DNA of 64,000 nt from a virus (taxonomy: Duplodnaviria > Caudoviricetes). This document shows positions 46,794-55,018 of this stretch, piece after piece; positions within the stretch are counted from its first letter, which is position 1, and the number at the start of each line of letters is the position of its first letter. The stretch spans positions 32,001 to 96,000 of IMG/VR virus record IMGVR_UViG_3300025706_000001, one strand, 5' to 3'. The translations under genes and the position numbers were made by a program. Under the pieces are notes generated by a model. The model did not search any database. It was given only the letters and a program-made list of their open reading frames with translations, and was not told where the DNA came from.

Positions 46794-47513
46794 TCACCTG
46801 TCCGCATTGCATGCCTCCTTGATGAACCGTGCAACGATTTCGGGCAGTCCTGACCGTCCGGCCAATACTGCCCGCCTTCCGGTATCCGCCAGCGTTTGCA
46901 CTCGTTCACTGAGTTCAGGCCCAGCCTCTCGCTCGGCAACTCGGACTGCGATTCGTCGCACAAGGCGGCAGCGGTCTCCGGGGAGGTCAATAATCGCTGA
47001 GCACTGTAGCGAGATTCGCGTCTCGGTATTTCGTCTAAAGGCATGTCCATCGTCTTTGGCCTCCAGCGTAAGCACCGCGCACCGTACCCGTGGATCTCCC
47101 AGCGGGGGGCCGATCACGACCCGCACCCTGACTCGCCCGTTGGTGACGGTATCAACGACCCGCACGCTATGGCCTCGGACGGTAGCCGTGGTTGTTCGCT
47201 CGATCGTGCCGGCTTCATCCCAGAGGACGAAACCAGCGAGTCGTCGTAGAGATGCGAGAATGCCGAGGCGGGCGACGGGTTGGCCGTCGATTGTGAGCGA
47301 GGTATCAACACGTCCCACCTCTTCCATCCATCCCGCTCCGTTACGTTGGTTGCGTTCATGCACAACTCCCGTTATCGCTTCCAACGCGAGTACCGCAATC
47401 GGCCGCTCGCTCGTGATTGTGGTTCCCCGGCTGGCAACGTAGTCCCAAGCCCGCGCGTCGCAGGTACAAGAGAGACAGATTCCGGCGAGTAGGCTAAGCA
47501 GCATCCAACGCAC
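46794..47513 (-). CDS. Secreted hypothetical protein
   Basis: Signal peptide MRWMLLSLLAGICLSC...ARA. Confidence 0.55.
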   Translation of the reverse strand: MRWMLLSLLAGICLSCTCDARAWDYVASRGTTITSERPIAVLALEAITGVVHERNQRNGAGWMEEVGRVDTSLTIDGQPVARLGILASLRRLAGFVLWDEAGTIERTTTATVRGHSVRVVDTVTNGRVRVRVVIGPPLGDPRVRCAVLTLEAKDDGHAFRRNTETRISLQCSAIIDLPGDRCRLVRRIAVRVAEREAGPELSERVQTLADTGRRAVLAGRSGLPEIVARFIKEACNADR

Positions 47514-47708
47514 GTTTCACCGCCAACCCCGACGCAACCCAGCGCGCCGATTCTTGTGCCCCTTGTGTCTCCCAGATTGCTAACGCCTTTCGAGCGAACC
47601 GGATTTCTTTTGCCATCTCGGCTGAGTCGATGTCGTGGGCCTCGCTGGCGTCCAGGATGTTGCGGCACATTTCGATCAGCCGCTTTTCGAGTCGCGTTCT
47701 TTCGGTCA

Positions 47709-48740
47709 TCAATACGTCTGGCATCCTACCCTCGCTGTTACGCCCTTGGAATCCTGGATCGTCACGTTACTGACCTGGTTGCTTCCGTCCGTCTTGTCAG
47801 ACGTGACGGGCGTTGTCCAGCCGCGTTGAATCAGAGCATCTGTCACCGTGCAATAGCTGGTCTGTACCCCGCTGTTGTCCTTTCCGAAGAAGACCTGCGG
47901 CCCTGTCGGCTTCTCTTTCTCATAGCCGATTGTCAGACCGTCAATCAGGCAATGCGTGGCCCCCGTGAAACCGACTGCCGCCGCTCCGCCATCAGGCTTG
48001 ATTGCGCAGTCGCGAACAGAAAGGCCGAAGAACGAGATCGCGTAGGGGGCGAATCCGGCGCCTGTCGATGTCCCGGCGTCGATGGCTACCCCAGCGTCAT
48101 TGCATTCGCTGACCGTCGTATCGAAAAACGTGACGTGGTGCGGCTGCTTCCACCCGACCCCGCCTGATCCGCTGCCATATACCCAGATTCCGATTCCGTA
48201 GAGCTTCTTCGACGTGCGGTAGATCCGGTGGACAGACAGCCCACGAAACTCACAGTAGGACGTAAGACGATGCTGCAGCCAGACGCCTCGGCCTGTGAAC
48301 TGCTCCACTCTCACGTTCTCGACCTGCGCCTCCTGCGCCGCGTGAAGACAGAGCCCGATGTCATTGGCCGTCGCTGAGTATCCCCGGCCTCTGATCGTCA
48401 GGTTGGCAATGCGGCTCCCGACGGTGTCGAGAATCAGGACGCAAACCCGACTCCCATCGACCAGCGTCCCACCCGCCCCGCTGTCCAGAATCACTGTTGC
48501 GGCCCGGTCCTCTCCAACGAGGTTAGTCCCAGCGGCAAGCTGAATTTGGGACACGCGGTAGGTTCCGGCTGGCACGCGGACCAGTTTGCCGGCTGCGATC
48601 GCCGCTTGGAACGCGGCCGTATCATCGACGCTGCCGTCACCTACGGCACCGAAGTCCTTGACAGTTTGGCCGTGGCAAAAAGCAATGGCTACCAGCCAAC
48701 CGAAAACAAAACACGCCAACATGAACGCGAACCGTCTCAT
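47709..48740 (-). CDS. Secreted right-handed beta-helix (pectate lyase-like) protein
   Basis: Signal peptide, then 'VKDFGAVGDGSVDDTAAFQAAI...V.VPAGTY'. Confidence 0.85.
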   Translation of the reverse strand: MRRFAFMLACFVFGWLVAIAFCHGQTVKDFGAVGDGSVDDTAAFQAAIAAGKLVRVPAGTYRVSQIQLAAGTNLVGEDRAATVILDSGAGGTLVDGSRVCVLILDTVGSRIANLTIRGRGYSATANDIGLCLHAAQEAQVENVRVEQFTGRGVWLQHRLTSYCEFRGLSVHRIYRTSKKLYGIGIWVYGSGSGGVGWKQPHHVTFFDTTVSECNDAGVAIDAGTSTGAGFAPYAISFFGLSVRDCAIKPDGGAAAVGFTGATHCLIDGLTIGYEKEKPTGPQVFFGKDNSGVQTSYCTVTDALIQRGWTTPVTSDKTDGSNQVSNVTIQDSKGVTARVGCQTY

Positions 48741-50092
48741 CGCACCGTCTCCAATCCTGTTGAGCAGAAACCTTCTTCAGCCAGCCGCTGCTTGGCGACC
48801 TTGCCATATTTTTCGTTGGCTGCCATCGCCATGATCGTCGCCGTGTGGTTTTTCGTCAGTTCCCAAGTACGGGCGCTGGCAGCCTTAATCGCAGCATCGC
48901 TGTAGACAAACTCGGAACACGTAGCCAAGCATTCTCGGAAGTGCTCCAGACACTCGAATCCCTCCGGGACGAAGGTAGCGTCCACGAAGTCGTAGTTGCC
49001 CCAGTCATGCGGGAACGCCGTGTAGAGCAGCCGATCATCTTTGTACAGCCGGTCGAACAGGCGCGTGCCAGGCAGAGGGGTGAGAACCGTAATCTGCCAG
49101 CAGTCTACGCCGCTCGCGTGGACAGCTCGCATCCGGTACATCATGGACTCTGGCGTGTCAGTCTCCAGCCCTAAGATGAAGAAGCCAAGCACCGCCATGC
49201 CAGCCTTCTGGACACGGCTGAAGTCGTAGACGAACTTACGGTTGAGCGTCTTGCGAACGCTGGCCAAGCCTGCGGAGTCGTTGGCCTCGATGCCGATCAT
49301 TACCAGCCGACAACCTGCTGCAAACATGGCCTCCAGAACTTGGTCGTCGGTCGTCACGTTGATCGAGCACTGACACATCCAAGGCTTGTTGAAGCCGGAT
49401 GATGTCATCTGCCGCAGCATGGCCAGGGTCTCAGTCCGGTCTCGCTCGCCATAACCGATCAGGTTGTCATCGACGAAGAAGATGCCACGGTTTTCGACGA
49501 CTGACAGGTCCTGCAAAGTCCGCTCCGGTAGTTGACGGCGAATCGTGTGGCCGCTGAATAGCGGGACAGAGCAGAAGTCGCAGGACATCGGACAGCCCCG
49601 GCTCACTTGGATGCTGCCATAGCGATAGCGGCTGTCGAGAACAGACCTGTTAGGGAGGGCAAAATCGGACTCGTGAACCAGTCCGCCCATATAGAACGAT
49701 TTCAATTGATGAGAGCGAGTGAAGTCGTTGAGCAGTTGTGGCCAAACTACGTCCGCTTCTCGGAGAACGACCGAATCAAAGTAGCGGATTGCCTCATGCT
49801 GACAAGCAAGGGCATGAACGCCACCAAGCACCGTAGGGATGCCCTCGTGGCGGTAGAAAGCTGACAACTCGTAGGCGCGAGGGATGGATGAAGTGAAAGC
49901 AGTCAAACCGACGAGATCCACGTCCGTGCGCATAGTGGCCGGCGTCCAGTTCTCATCCTCGACGATCACTTCCCAATCGTCAGGTGTCACGCCCGCGAGC
50001 GTCGCCAGAGACAGGGGCTGAAAATAGCCCCCGTTGTGCAGGTTGAGCCCTGCACGGCGAGACGATCGCGGGTTAATGAGCAACAGACGCAT
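48737..50092 (-). CDS. B12-binding radical SAM enzyme
   Basis: N-terminal cobalamin-binding domain (P.SLATLA...VLGGVH), SRGCPMSCDFC, FVDDN, GIE, TPLPGT. Confidence 0.9.
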   Translation of the reverse strand: MRLLLINPRSSRRAGLNLHNGGYFQPLSLATLAGVTPDDWEVIVEDENWTPATMRTDVDLVGLTAFTSSIPRAYELSAFYRHEGIPTVLGGVHALACQHEAIRYFDSVVLREADVVWPQLLNDFTRSHQLKSFYMGGLVHESDFALPNRSVLDSRYRYGSIQVSRGCPMSCDFCSVPLFSGHTIRRQLPERTLQDLSVVENRGIFFVDDNLIGYGERDRTETLAMLRQMTSSGFNKPWMCQCSINVTTDDQVLEAMFAAGCRLVMIGIEANDSAGLASVRKTLNRKFVYDFSRVQKAGMAVLGFFILGLETDTPESMMYRMRAVHASGVDCWQITVLTPLPGTRLFDRLYKDDRLLYTAFPHDWGNYDFVDATFVPEGFECLEHFRECLATCSEFVYSDAAIKAASARTWELTKNHTATIMAMAANEKYGKVAKQRLAEEGFCSTGLETVR

Positions 50093-50364
50093 TAGTCCAC
50101 TCCCCAGGGGGCACAGATCACGTCCCAGACCCAATCAAACAGGCTGACCGGCTCGACGATGACGCCAGTCTCAATCTCGTCCAATCCCTCCCCGACGTAC
50201 CAGTTGGCTTCGGGGATCGGGAGCCCTTCGGGACTCGTCCACAGGCCGGAATCGTCTCGCATGATCGGGGCCGATGGGGTGCCGATCTGGTCTTGACCGA
50301 GGGCGATGCCAGCCAAGCCGAAAAGCAGGACGACGTACAGCAATGTCTTCACGATTCGCCTCAT
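50092..50364 (-). CDS. Small secreted protein
   Basis: Signal peptide; coupled to its neighbours. Confidence 0.55.
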   Translation of the reverse strand: MRRIVKTLLYVVLLFGLAGIALGQDQIGTPSAPIMRDDSGLWTSPEGLPIPEANWYVGEGLDEIETGVIVEPVSLFDWVWDVICAPWGVD

Positions 50365-51212
50365 TTGACCTCCCAGGGTGGTAAGACCACCGAACAGGCG
50401 CAGTGAGCCCCGTAGCGGCTCGCGCCGGTGCCATAAGCAGATGGAGAATCGAGTCCGTAAGCCTGGATTCCGTGCAAGGTCTCACCCCACGCGCCCCAAG
50501 AATTGACGTACACAACATAGATCGTATTGCTCTTGAGAGCCAACCGCACGGCGAGGATGCTATGCCCTGACCGACCGTAGTGGACAGGCCAGCCGTGGCA
50601 GAGGGCCGTTAAGAAACCCTGAGCTGAGTCGATCTCGTAGGACTCCTGGATCTTGAACCAGTCGGCCGTCGCCTCCCAGCCAGTCTGGTAGAGCGACTTA
50701 CTGTAACCGACTGGACGCATGAACTTGGCGGACGCGGCGTACTGACCCATGATCGCGCGGGCTTCCGGCGTGTCGATCGGCAAGCTACCTACGTCCTGCT
50801 GCTGCTCCAGGCAGTCGCCAACGGATGAACCTGTGTTCGGCCCCGGAGCGATTTTCATGTAGATGCTGATCGGCGACTGAGGAACAACGCGGTGCTTGCC
50901 GAACTGACGAGCCGCGACCACGTTGTACTTCTGGGCACCGGCGTTACAGGTACAAGTACCCTCTCCGTCTTGGTCGTAGCGGTGGACGATCAGCCGGTCA
51001 AGGTTGCCGTCCTGCTCGTCTTGCACCTTAATGAAATCTTTGATCTCCGCATCGGTCATCAGCGGGAAGGCTTCCTCAAACGCAGGAGCCTTGAACGTGG
51101 TCATCGTCGGTTCAGTAGCACCAAGCATCCGGCCTTCAGGGACTACGGCACGGAAGTCGATATCCAGCCACTTGTCGGACCACGTTTGAAAGATAGGGCT
51201 CTCATAGGTCAT
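50361..51212 (-). CDS. Papain-like (C1) cysteine peptidase
   Basis: DQ..EGTC, GHS and NSWG..WG catalytic motifs. Confidence 0.85.
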   Translation of the reverse strand: MTYESPIFQTWSDKWLDIDFRAVVPEGRMLGATEPTMTTFKAPAFEEAFPLMTDAEIKDFIKVQDEQDGNLDRLIVHRYDQDGEGTCTCNAGAQKYNVVAARQFGKHRVVPQSPISIYMKIAPGPNTGSSVGDCLEQQQDVGSLPIDTPEARAIMGQYAASAKFMRPVGYSKSLYQTGWEATADWFKIQESYEIDSAQGFLTALCHGWPVHYGRSGHSILAVRLALKSNTIYVVYVNSWGAWGETLHGIQAYGLDSPSAYGTGASRYGAHCACSVVLPPWEVK

Positions 51213-52060
51213 AGTCCAGCCTCCTTCAGTTTCGCGGTGATAGCTTCAATCGTCGTAGGCAAGTCAACGACGCTTACGACCGAGCCACCCGCGTTGAACA
51301 GGACGAGGGCTGGAAGTTGCCGGCCGGCTGCTGCTTGGACGGCTGCATTGACCCGTGGCACAGTCTCCCCCTTCTGTCCCTTCGCGTCCTTGTCCAGGAT
51401 CTGGAGCTTCTTGCTCAGACTCTCGTCGTCCCTGATCTTCAGTAGCAGGAGGTTCTGGGCCGGCGTCATCTTCTGGGATTCGTACAGGATCATCGCCGAG
51501 ACCGCCGTTGGAGTCGGCGGTGGAGGAGGGGGGACCGGCCCACCTCCTAATTGAGCCTGCGCGATGCGGTACGCTGCCAAGGCGTCGGCGAACGTCATGG
51601 GGGCAACCAGGGCGATCATTCCGTCTGTCCAAGGCTTCCATGCCGCCGTCTTGCCTGTTGTGGACAAGATCACTGCCTCAGACCCTTGGATGATCGCCCG
51701 CAGGGTCAGCACATCCTTGATGGTGCCGCTCTCCGCGAACCTGATCTGGGCAGCATAGGTGTCCCCCAAGGAAGCCGATGTCTTGGCCTTGTCGGCATCG
51801 TTCACCGCCTGCAGAAAGCCCTTGATCTTGCTCGTTACGTCAGGGACAGGCGGGGGAGGGATGGGGCCAGAGCCAACCTCGAACAGAACTGTCTTAGTCA
51901 GCACCGGTTCGCCGTTGACAAAGCCGACGCTGACCTGCCAGTATTTGCCTTGAGCCAGGGGTTGACCATCAGGGCCAATGAAGAGCGTTGTAAGGTCCGC
52001 CGCTTGCCCCACCGTTGCCAGCAGGGCCAGGAGCAGAACTGCCAGCAGTCGTGGTCTCAT
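51209..52060 (-). CDS. Secreted protein with Pro linkers and a thioredoxin-like C-terminal domain
   Basis: Signal peptide, two PPPP linkers, 'ILYES...ILD.D...LPALVL'. No CxxC. Confidence 0.6.
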   Translation of the reverse strand: MRPRLLAVLLLALLATVGQAADLTTLFIGPDGQPLAQGKYWQVSVGFVNGEPVLTKTVLFEVGSGPIPPPPVPDVTSKIKGFLQAVNDADKAKTSASLGDTYAAQIRFAESGTIKDVLTLRAIIQGSEAVILSTTGKTAAWKPWTDGMIALVAPMTFADALAAYRIAQAQLGGGPVPPPPPPTPTAVSAMILYESQKMTPAQNLLLLKIRDDESLSKKLQILDKDAKGQKGETVPRVNAAVQAAAGRQLPALVLFNAGGSVVSVVDLPTTIEAITAKLKEAGL

Positions 52061-52101
52061 GACAGTGCCTCCATTTCCACAGAGTTGCGTGGCCGGGAAG
52101 G

Positions 52102-52485
52102 TCACTTCGAGAACAGGCTGATGACGATGTTGATGATCTCCGGCAGGTGAGACAGCAGAGCCTCGAAGAAGCTCTTGCCGTTCTTGATGTCGTTGATAAT
52201 CGCAATCACCAGGGGGATAGCCACCGGGATGATCTTCAGGATGATCTCGATGAACGACGCGCTGAACTTGCCGGTCACCAGGACTTCGCCCGTGGCAAGG
52301 TCGATGCCGACGTTCGTCGCGCCTTGCCCTCGCAGGGCTTCGATCACGCCGGGCAGGGCTGCCGAGAAATCCTGCGCCCCGGCCGAGGCGAACACACCAG
52401 CGTCCAGCCCGACGATGCGGATGGAGTTCTCCGTCGCTTGGACTAACACACTGTTACCACCGGCTTGAAATCTTGCTTCTGCCAT
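52102..52485 (-). CDS. Membrane protein
   Basis: Hydrophobic/amphipathic C-terminal helices. Confidence 0.6.
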   Translation of the reverse strand: MAEARFQAGGNSVLVQATENSIRIVGLDAGVFASAGAQDFSAALPGVIEALRGQGATNVGIDLATGEVLVTGKFSASFIEIILKIIPVAIPLVIAIINDIKNGKSFFEALLSHLPEIINIVISLFSK

Positions 52486-52585
52486 ACTGCACCTCTCTTT
52501 GAGTTTGCCCCGCCCTCACTTCCGCCGAGGCGGCGAGCAGCGGGGGCGAATACGAAACGCACCCACAAATCTCCTAATGCGATGG

Positions 52586-52616
52586 ATTATAACCGCTAAA
52601 GACATTGGCATGTCAA
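52586..52616 (-). promoter_or_regulatory. Promoter heading the late/structural operon, 19-bp spacer
   Basis: TTGACA-19 nt-TATAAT with the dyad GACAT-gcca-ATGTC. Confidence 0.6.
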
Positions 52617-52663
52617 GGCCGAAATACAGAAATGCCATCAGCGCATAAAGAAAGGGCAGTGTC

Positions 52664-53836
52664 CTAATTTGGACTTCCTGTTTCACGGACGAGGCAACCC
52701 TCGCCTCCACAGGCATTACCGTGCGTCCTACCGACGCCGGATGTTGCACCATTAAGTGCCCGCTGCAACACGTTGCGGGCCGCATTTAGGTCGCGGTCAA
52801 CAACCAGACCGCACGAAGGACAGCGATGAACACGAACCGACAACGACTTCGGTACAGTCTGGCCACACTGGCTACACTCCTGACTTGTGCCGCTGGGATT
52901 CACGCGAATGAACAGGCCACCAGCTTCTTCCGCTTTGTAGGCCAGACGTTGCGTGAATTGAGTCCAAGCGGCGTCCAAAATGCTCTTTCCGAGCCGTCCC
53001 TGTACCATGCCGTTGACGTTCAAATCCTCCACTGCAATGAATTGATGCTTGCTGACGATTTCCTTGCTGGCGTGATGGGTAAAGCTCGACCGCAGGTTGG
53101 CTACCCGTTCATAGACTCGTTGGAGCCGGTTCACGGCCTTGCGGAAGTTGCGGCTCCCCTTGACCTTGCGGCTCACTTCGCGATGGGCGTGAGCGAGTTT
53201 CCGTTTTGCTTTGCGGGCGAATCGCGGGTTGTCAATGGTGTCCCCGTTGCTCATGGTCGCGAACGTCTTCAACCCCACGTCGATGCCGACGCAGGAATGG
53301 ATCGGAACCGGTTGTGGGACCTCGCGATGATCGTCTACGACCAGTTGGGCGAACCACTTGCCAGCCCGCCGCACAACGTGAAGCTGCTTGATCGTGCCCT
53401 TGGTGTACTGCACGTTGCGGGCCTTGATCGGGCCGTTCACGCCGGATACGCGGATGCGTTTGCCACGCACGCACTTGCCGGGCGATTGAATCGAGAAGCT
53501 ATTCCAGCGTTGCCACGCCTTGAATCGGGGAAAGCCCGCCTTGCACTTGCCTTCGCGGACTCGTCTAAAAAAGTGCTGAAACGCAAGGTCCAGACGACGA
53601 AGGGCGTCGCGTTCGATTTTAGAGGGCACGTCGGCGAGTGTCGGCATAACCGACCGCAAGATCGTCAGGTCGGCGGTTTGCGTCATGTAGGACAGAGAGG
53701 TTTTGTCGGCTTCGTAGGCGACGATACGTTGTTCGAGAGAGGCGTTGAACAACTGGCGTCCGACATCGAGAAGATGCTCCAAGCGGGATTGCTGAGCGGG
53801 CGTCGGATACAGGCGGGCGGTCATCGTTCGCAACAT
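52664..53836 (-). CDS. tnpB: TnpB RNA-guided endonuclease, solo copy 3
   Basis: 'RLYPT..Q', GIDVG / AVEDL / DRDLNAA intact, 'TSQECS.CG'. 3' GCCTGTGGAG...GAAACAGGAA. Confidence 0.95.
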   Translation of the reverse strand: MLRTMTARLYPTPAQQSRLEHLLDVGRQLFNASLEQRIVAYEADKTSLSYMTQTADLTILRSVMPTLADVPSKIERDALRRLDLAFQHFFRRVREGKCKAGFPRFKAWQRWNSFSIQSPGKCVRGKRIRVSGVNGPIKARNVQYTKGTIKQLHVVRRAGKWFAQLVVDDHREVPQPVPIHSCVGIDVGLKTFATMSNGDTIDNPRFARKAKRKLAHAHREVSRKVKGSRNFRKAVNRLQRVYERVANLRSSFTHHASKEIVSKHQFIAVEDLNVNGMVQGRLGKSILDAAWTQFTQRLAYKAEEAGGLFIRVNPSGTSQECSQCGQTVPKSLSVRVHRCPSCGLVVDRDLNAARNVLQRALNGATSGVGRTHGNACGGEGCLVRETGSPN

Positions 53837-53842
53837 GCCATA

Positions 53843-53871
53843 ATGCTACCAAAACACCATTGACTTGTCAA
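53843..53871 (-). promoter_or_regulatory. Promoter for a leaderless tnpB transcript
   Basis: TTGACA-17-TAGCAT, with the ATG 7 nt after the -10 box and no SD. The -35 abuts the TIR. Confidence 0.7.
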
Positions 53872-53890
53872 TCCAAATTAGGACACTACC

Positions 53891-53924
53891 AAAGAAAGCC
53901 CGTCGTTTCTGGCGGGCTTTCTTT
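53891..53924. terminator. Bidirectional intrinsic terminator
   Basis: AAAGAAAGCCCG-tcgtttctgg-CGGGCTTTCTTT. Confidence 0.75.
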
Positions 53925-54113
53925 ATCCGGATGGCCGGCGTCGGTGGAGAACTATGATTTGATCTGGCTCCCGGCGATGGGCGGGCCTCGCTCGTATCGC
54001 CGCGTCTCACGCGAAATGTACCTCATTGACCGTCCTCCTAGTGCCATCATGGAACATTGTGAAAAATTGGTTTGCCGGTCTTTCTCCGGCGTGTAATTGC
54101 ATTGTAGCTAGGC

Positions 54114-54521
54114 TTACTCGCCTTCGTCAACCTGATTCGCTCCGATTATTTCGTACACGAAGTCAACGGCTTCTTGAATCTCCCTTTCCGTCTGCCTTTC
54201 ACTCCCTTTCCATGCGACGACATCTCCCCTGGACAGAGAATCCCGCACGTCAGATATGGTTTCACAGCCATTTCGGTCAAGTAACTCCAGATGTCGAACG
54301 CCAAGGCCGTAGTAGGCCAGGATGTGAATCGGAGACAGTTCTCCTACAGGTTCCGACAGGTCATCGGCGTACTCAAGCCTTGCGCCGCGAACCCGTGAAA
54401 AGTGCGTCTCTGTGCCGTCGTCGTCTGGGCCGTGCCGGGCTTCAATCTCCATTCGTTGTCTGACGTACTCAGGGGTCACGATCTTTCTGGGTCCTTCGGC
54501 AAGCTGATCGAGCGTCAACAT
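54114..54521 (-). CDS. RNA polymerase alpha-CTD-like domain protein
   Basis: 'I..L...GLGVR....L...G.ETI.D.......G......EI' resembles alpha-CTD. Confidence 0.55.
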   Translation of the reverse strand: MLTLDQLAEGPRKIVTPEYVRQRMEIEARHGPDDDGTETHFSRVRGARLEYADDLSEPVGELSPIHILAYYGLGVRHLELLDRNGCETISDVRDSLSRGDVVAWKGSERQTEREIQEAVDFVYEIIGANQVDEGE

Positions 54522-54537
54522 ATCGAGATCTCCTGTG

Positions 54538-54990
54538 CTAGACTTCCTCGATAACCCAGTTACCACCTTCCTTTTTTGGCAGGCGATAGGCCAGTGCGAA
54601 TGCAATTGGAAAGATTTCGGCAGCAAGTTTGGCCTTGATTTTCGCATCTTCTTCGACGAAGGGCTTGTACGCGCCGTCTTTCTTGGTTGTGCCCTTTGTG
54701 TCAATTAGCCACAGCGAGCCATCGCGGTAGAGCACGGCGAAGTCTGGCGTGTAGAAGGTGTTGTCGGCAAGCCGAAACTTCATCGCCTCGAATGCCCACC
54801 ACTGAATGGTTCCGGCCGCTTCGTCTTGCTTCAGCTTCTCGGCAAACGATGCCTCAGTATTGTTCATTTCTCCAGATCGTTTTCGCACCCTGCCGCGAGC
54901 ACGTAGGCCAGCCTTGTCCTGTATTTTCAGGTCCCCAGGCAGTGCTGCAGAACAACCTGTTTTCAGCCCCGGATAGTCGCGGATGCTCAC
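54538..54990 (-). CDS. DUF1064-like PD-(D/E)XK nuclease
   Basis: 'MN.TE..FA..L', 'F.LA....YTPDF', 'DTKG'. Confidence 0.75.
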   Translation of the reverse strand: MSIRDYPGLKTGCSAALPGDLKIQDKAGLRARGRVRKRSGEMNNTEASFAEKLKQDEAAGTIQWWAFEAMKFRLADNTFYTPDFAVLYRDGSLWLIDTKGTTKKDGAYKPFVEEDAKIKAKLAAEIFPIAFALAYRLPKKEGGNWVIEEV

Positions 54991-55018
54991 GTTCGCGCCC
55001 TCAAAGGTTCTTTCTGGA

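Larger units (their letters stand above)
52655..53890 (-). mobile_element. Non-autonomous tnpB element with 19-bp TIRs and 8-bp TSD
   Basis: Ends GGCAGTGTCCTAATTTGGA / TCCAAATTAGGACACTACC (18/19). AAAGAAAG is duplicated at 52647-52654 and 53891-53898. Confidence 0.9.

Noticed and set aside
46217-46810. Possible readthrough or frameshifted gene among small overlapping ORFs
   Set aside because: Several frames are partly plausible, but none has supporting motifs or a clear slip site; left unannotated.
16993-53836. TnpBs as nuclease-dead TldR repressors
   Set aside because: All three retain the RuvC D-E-D residues.
52826-53863. 345-aa plus-strand ORF as a possible transposase
   Set aside because: Exactly antisense to tnpB; no DDE, HUH or serine recombinase motifs.
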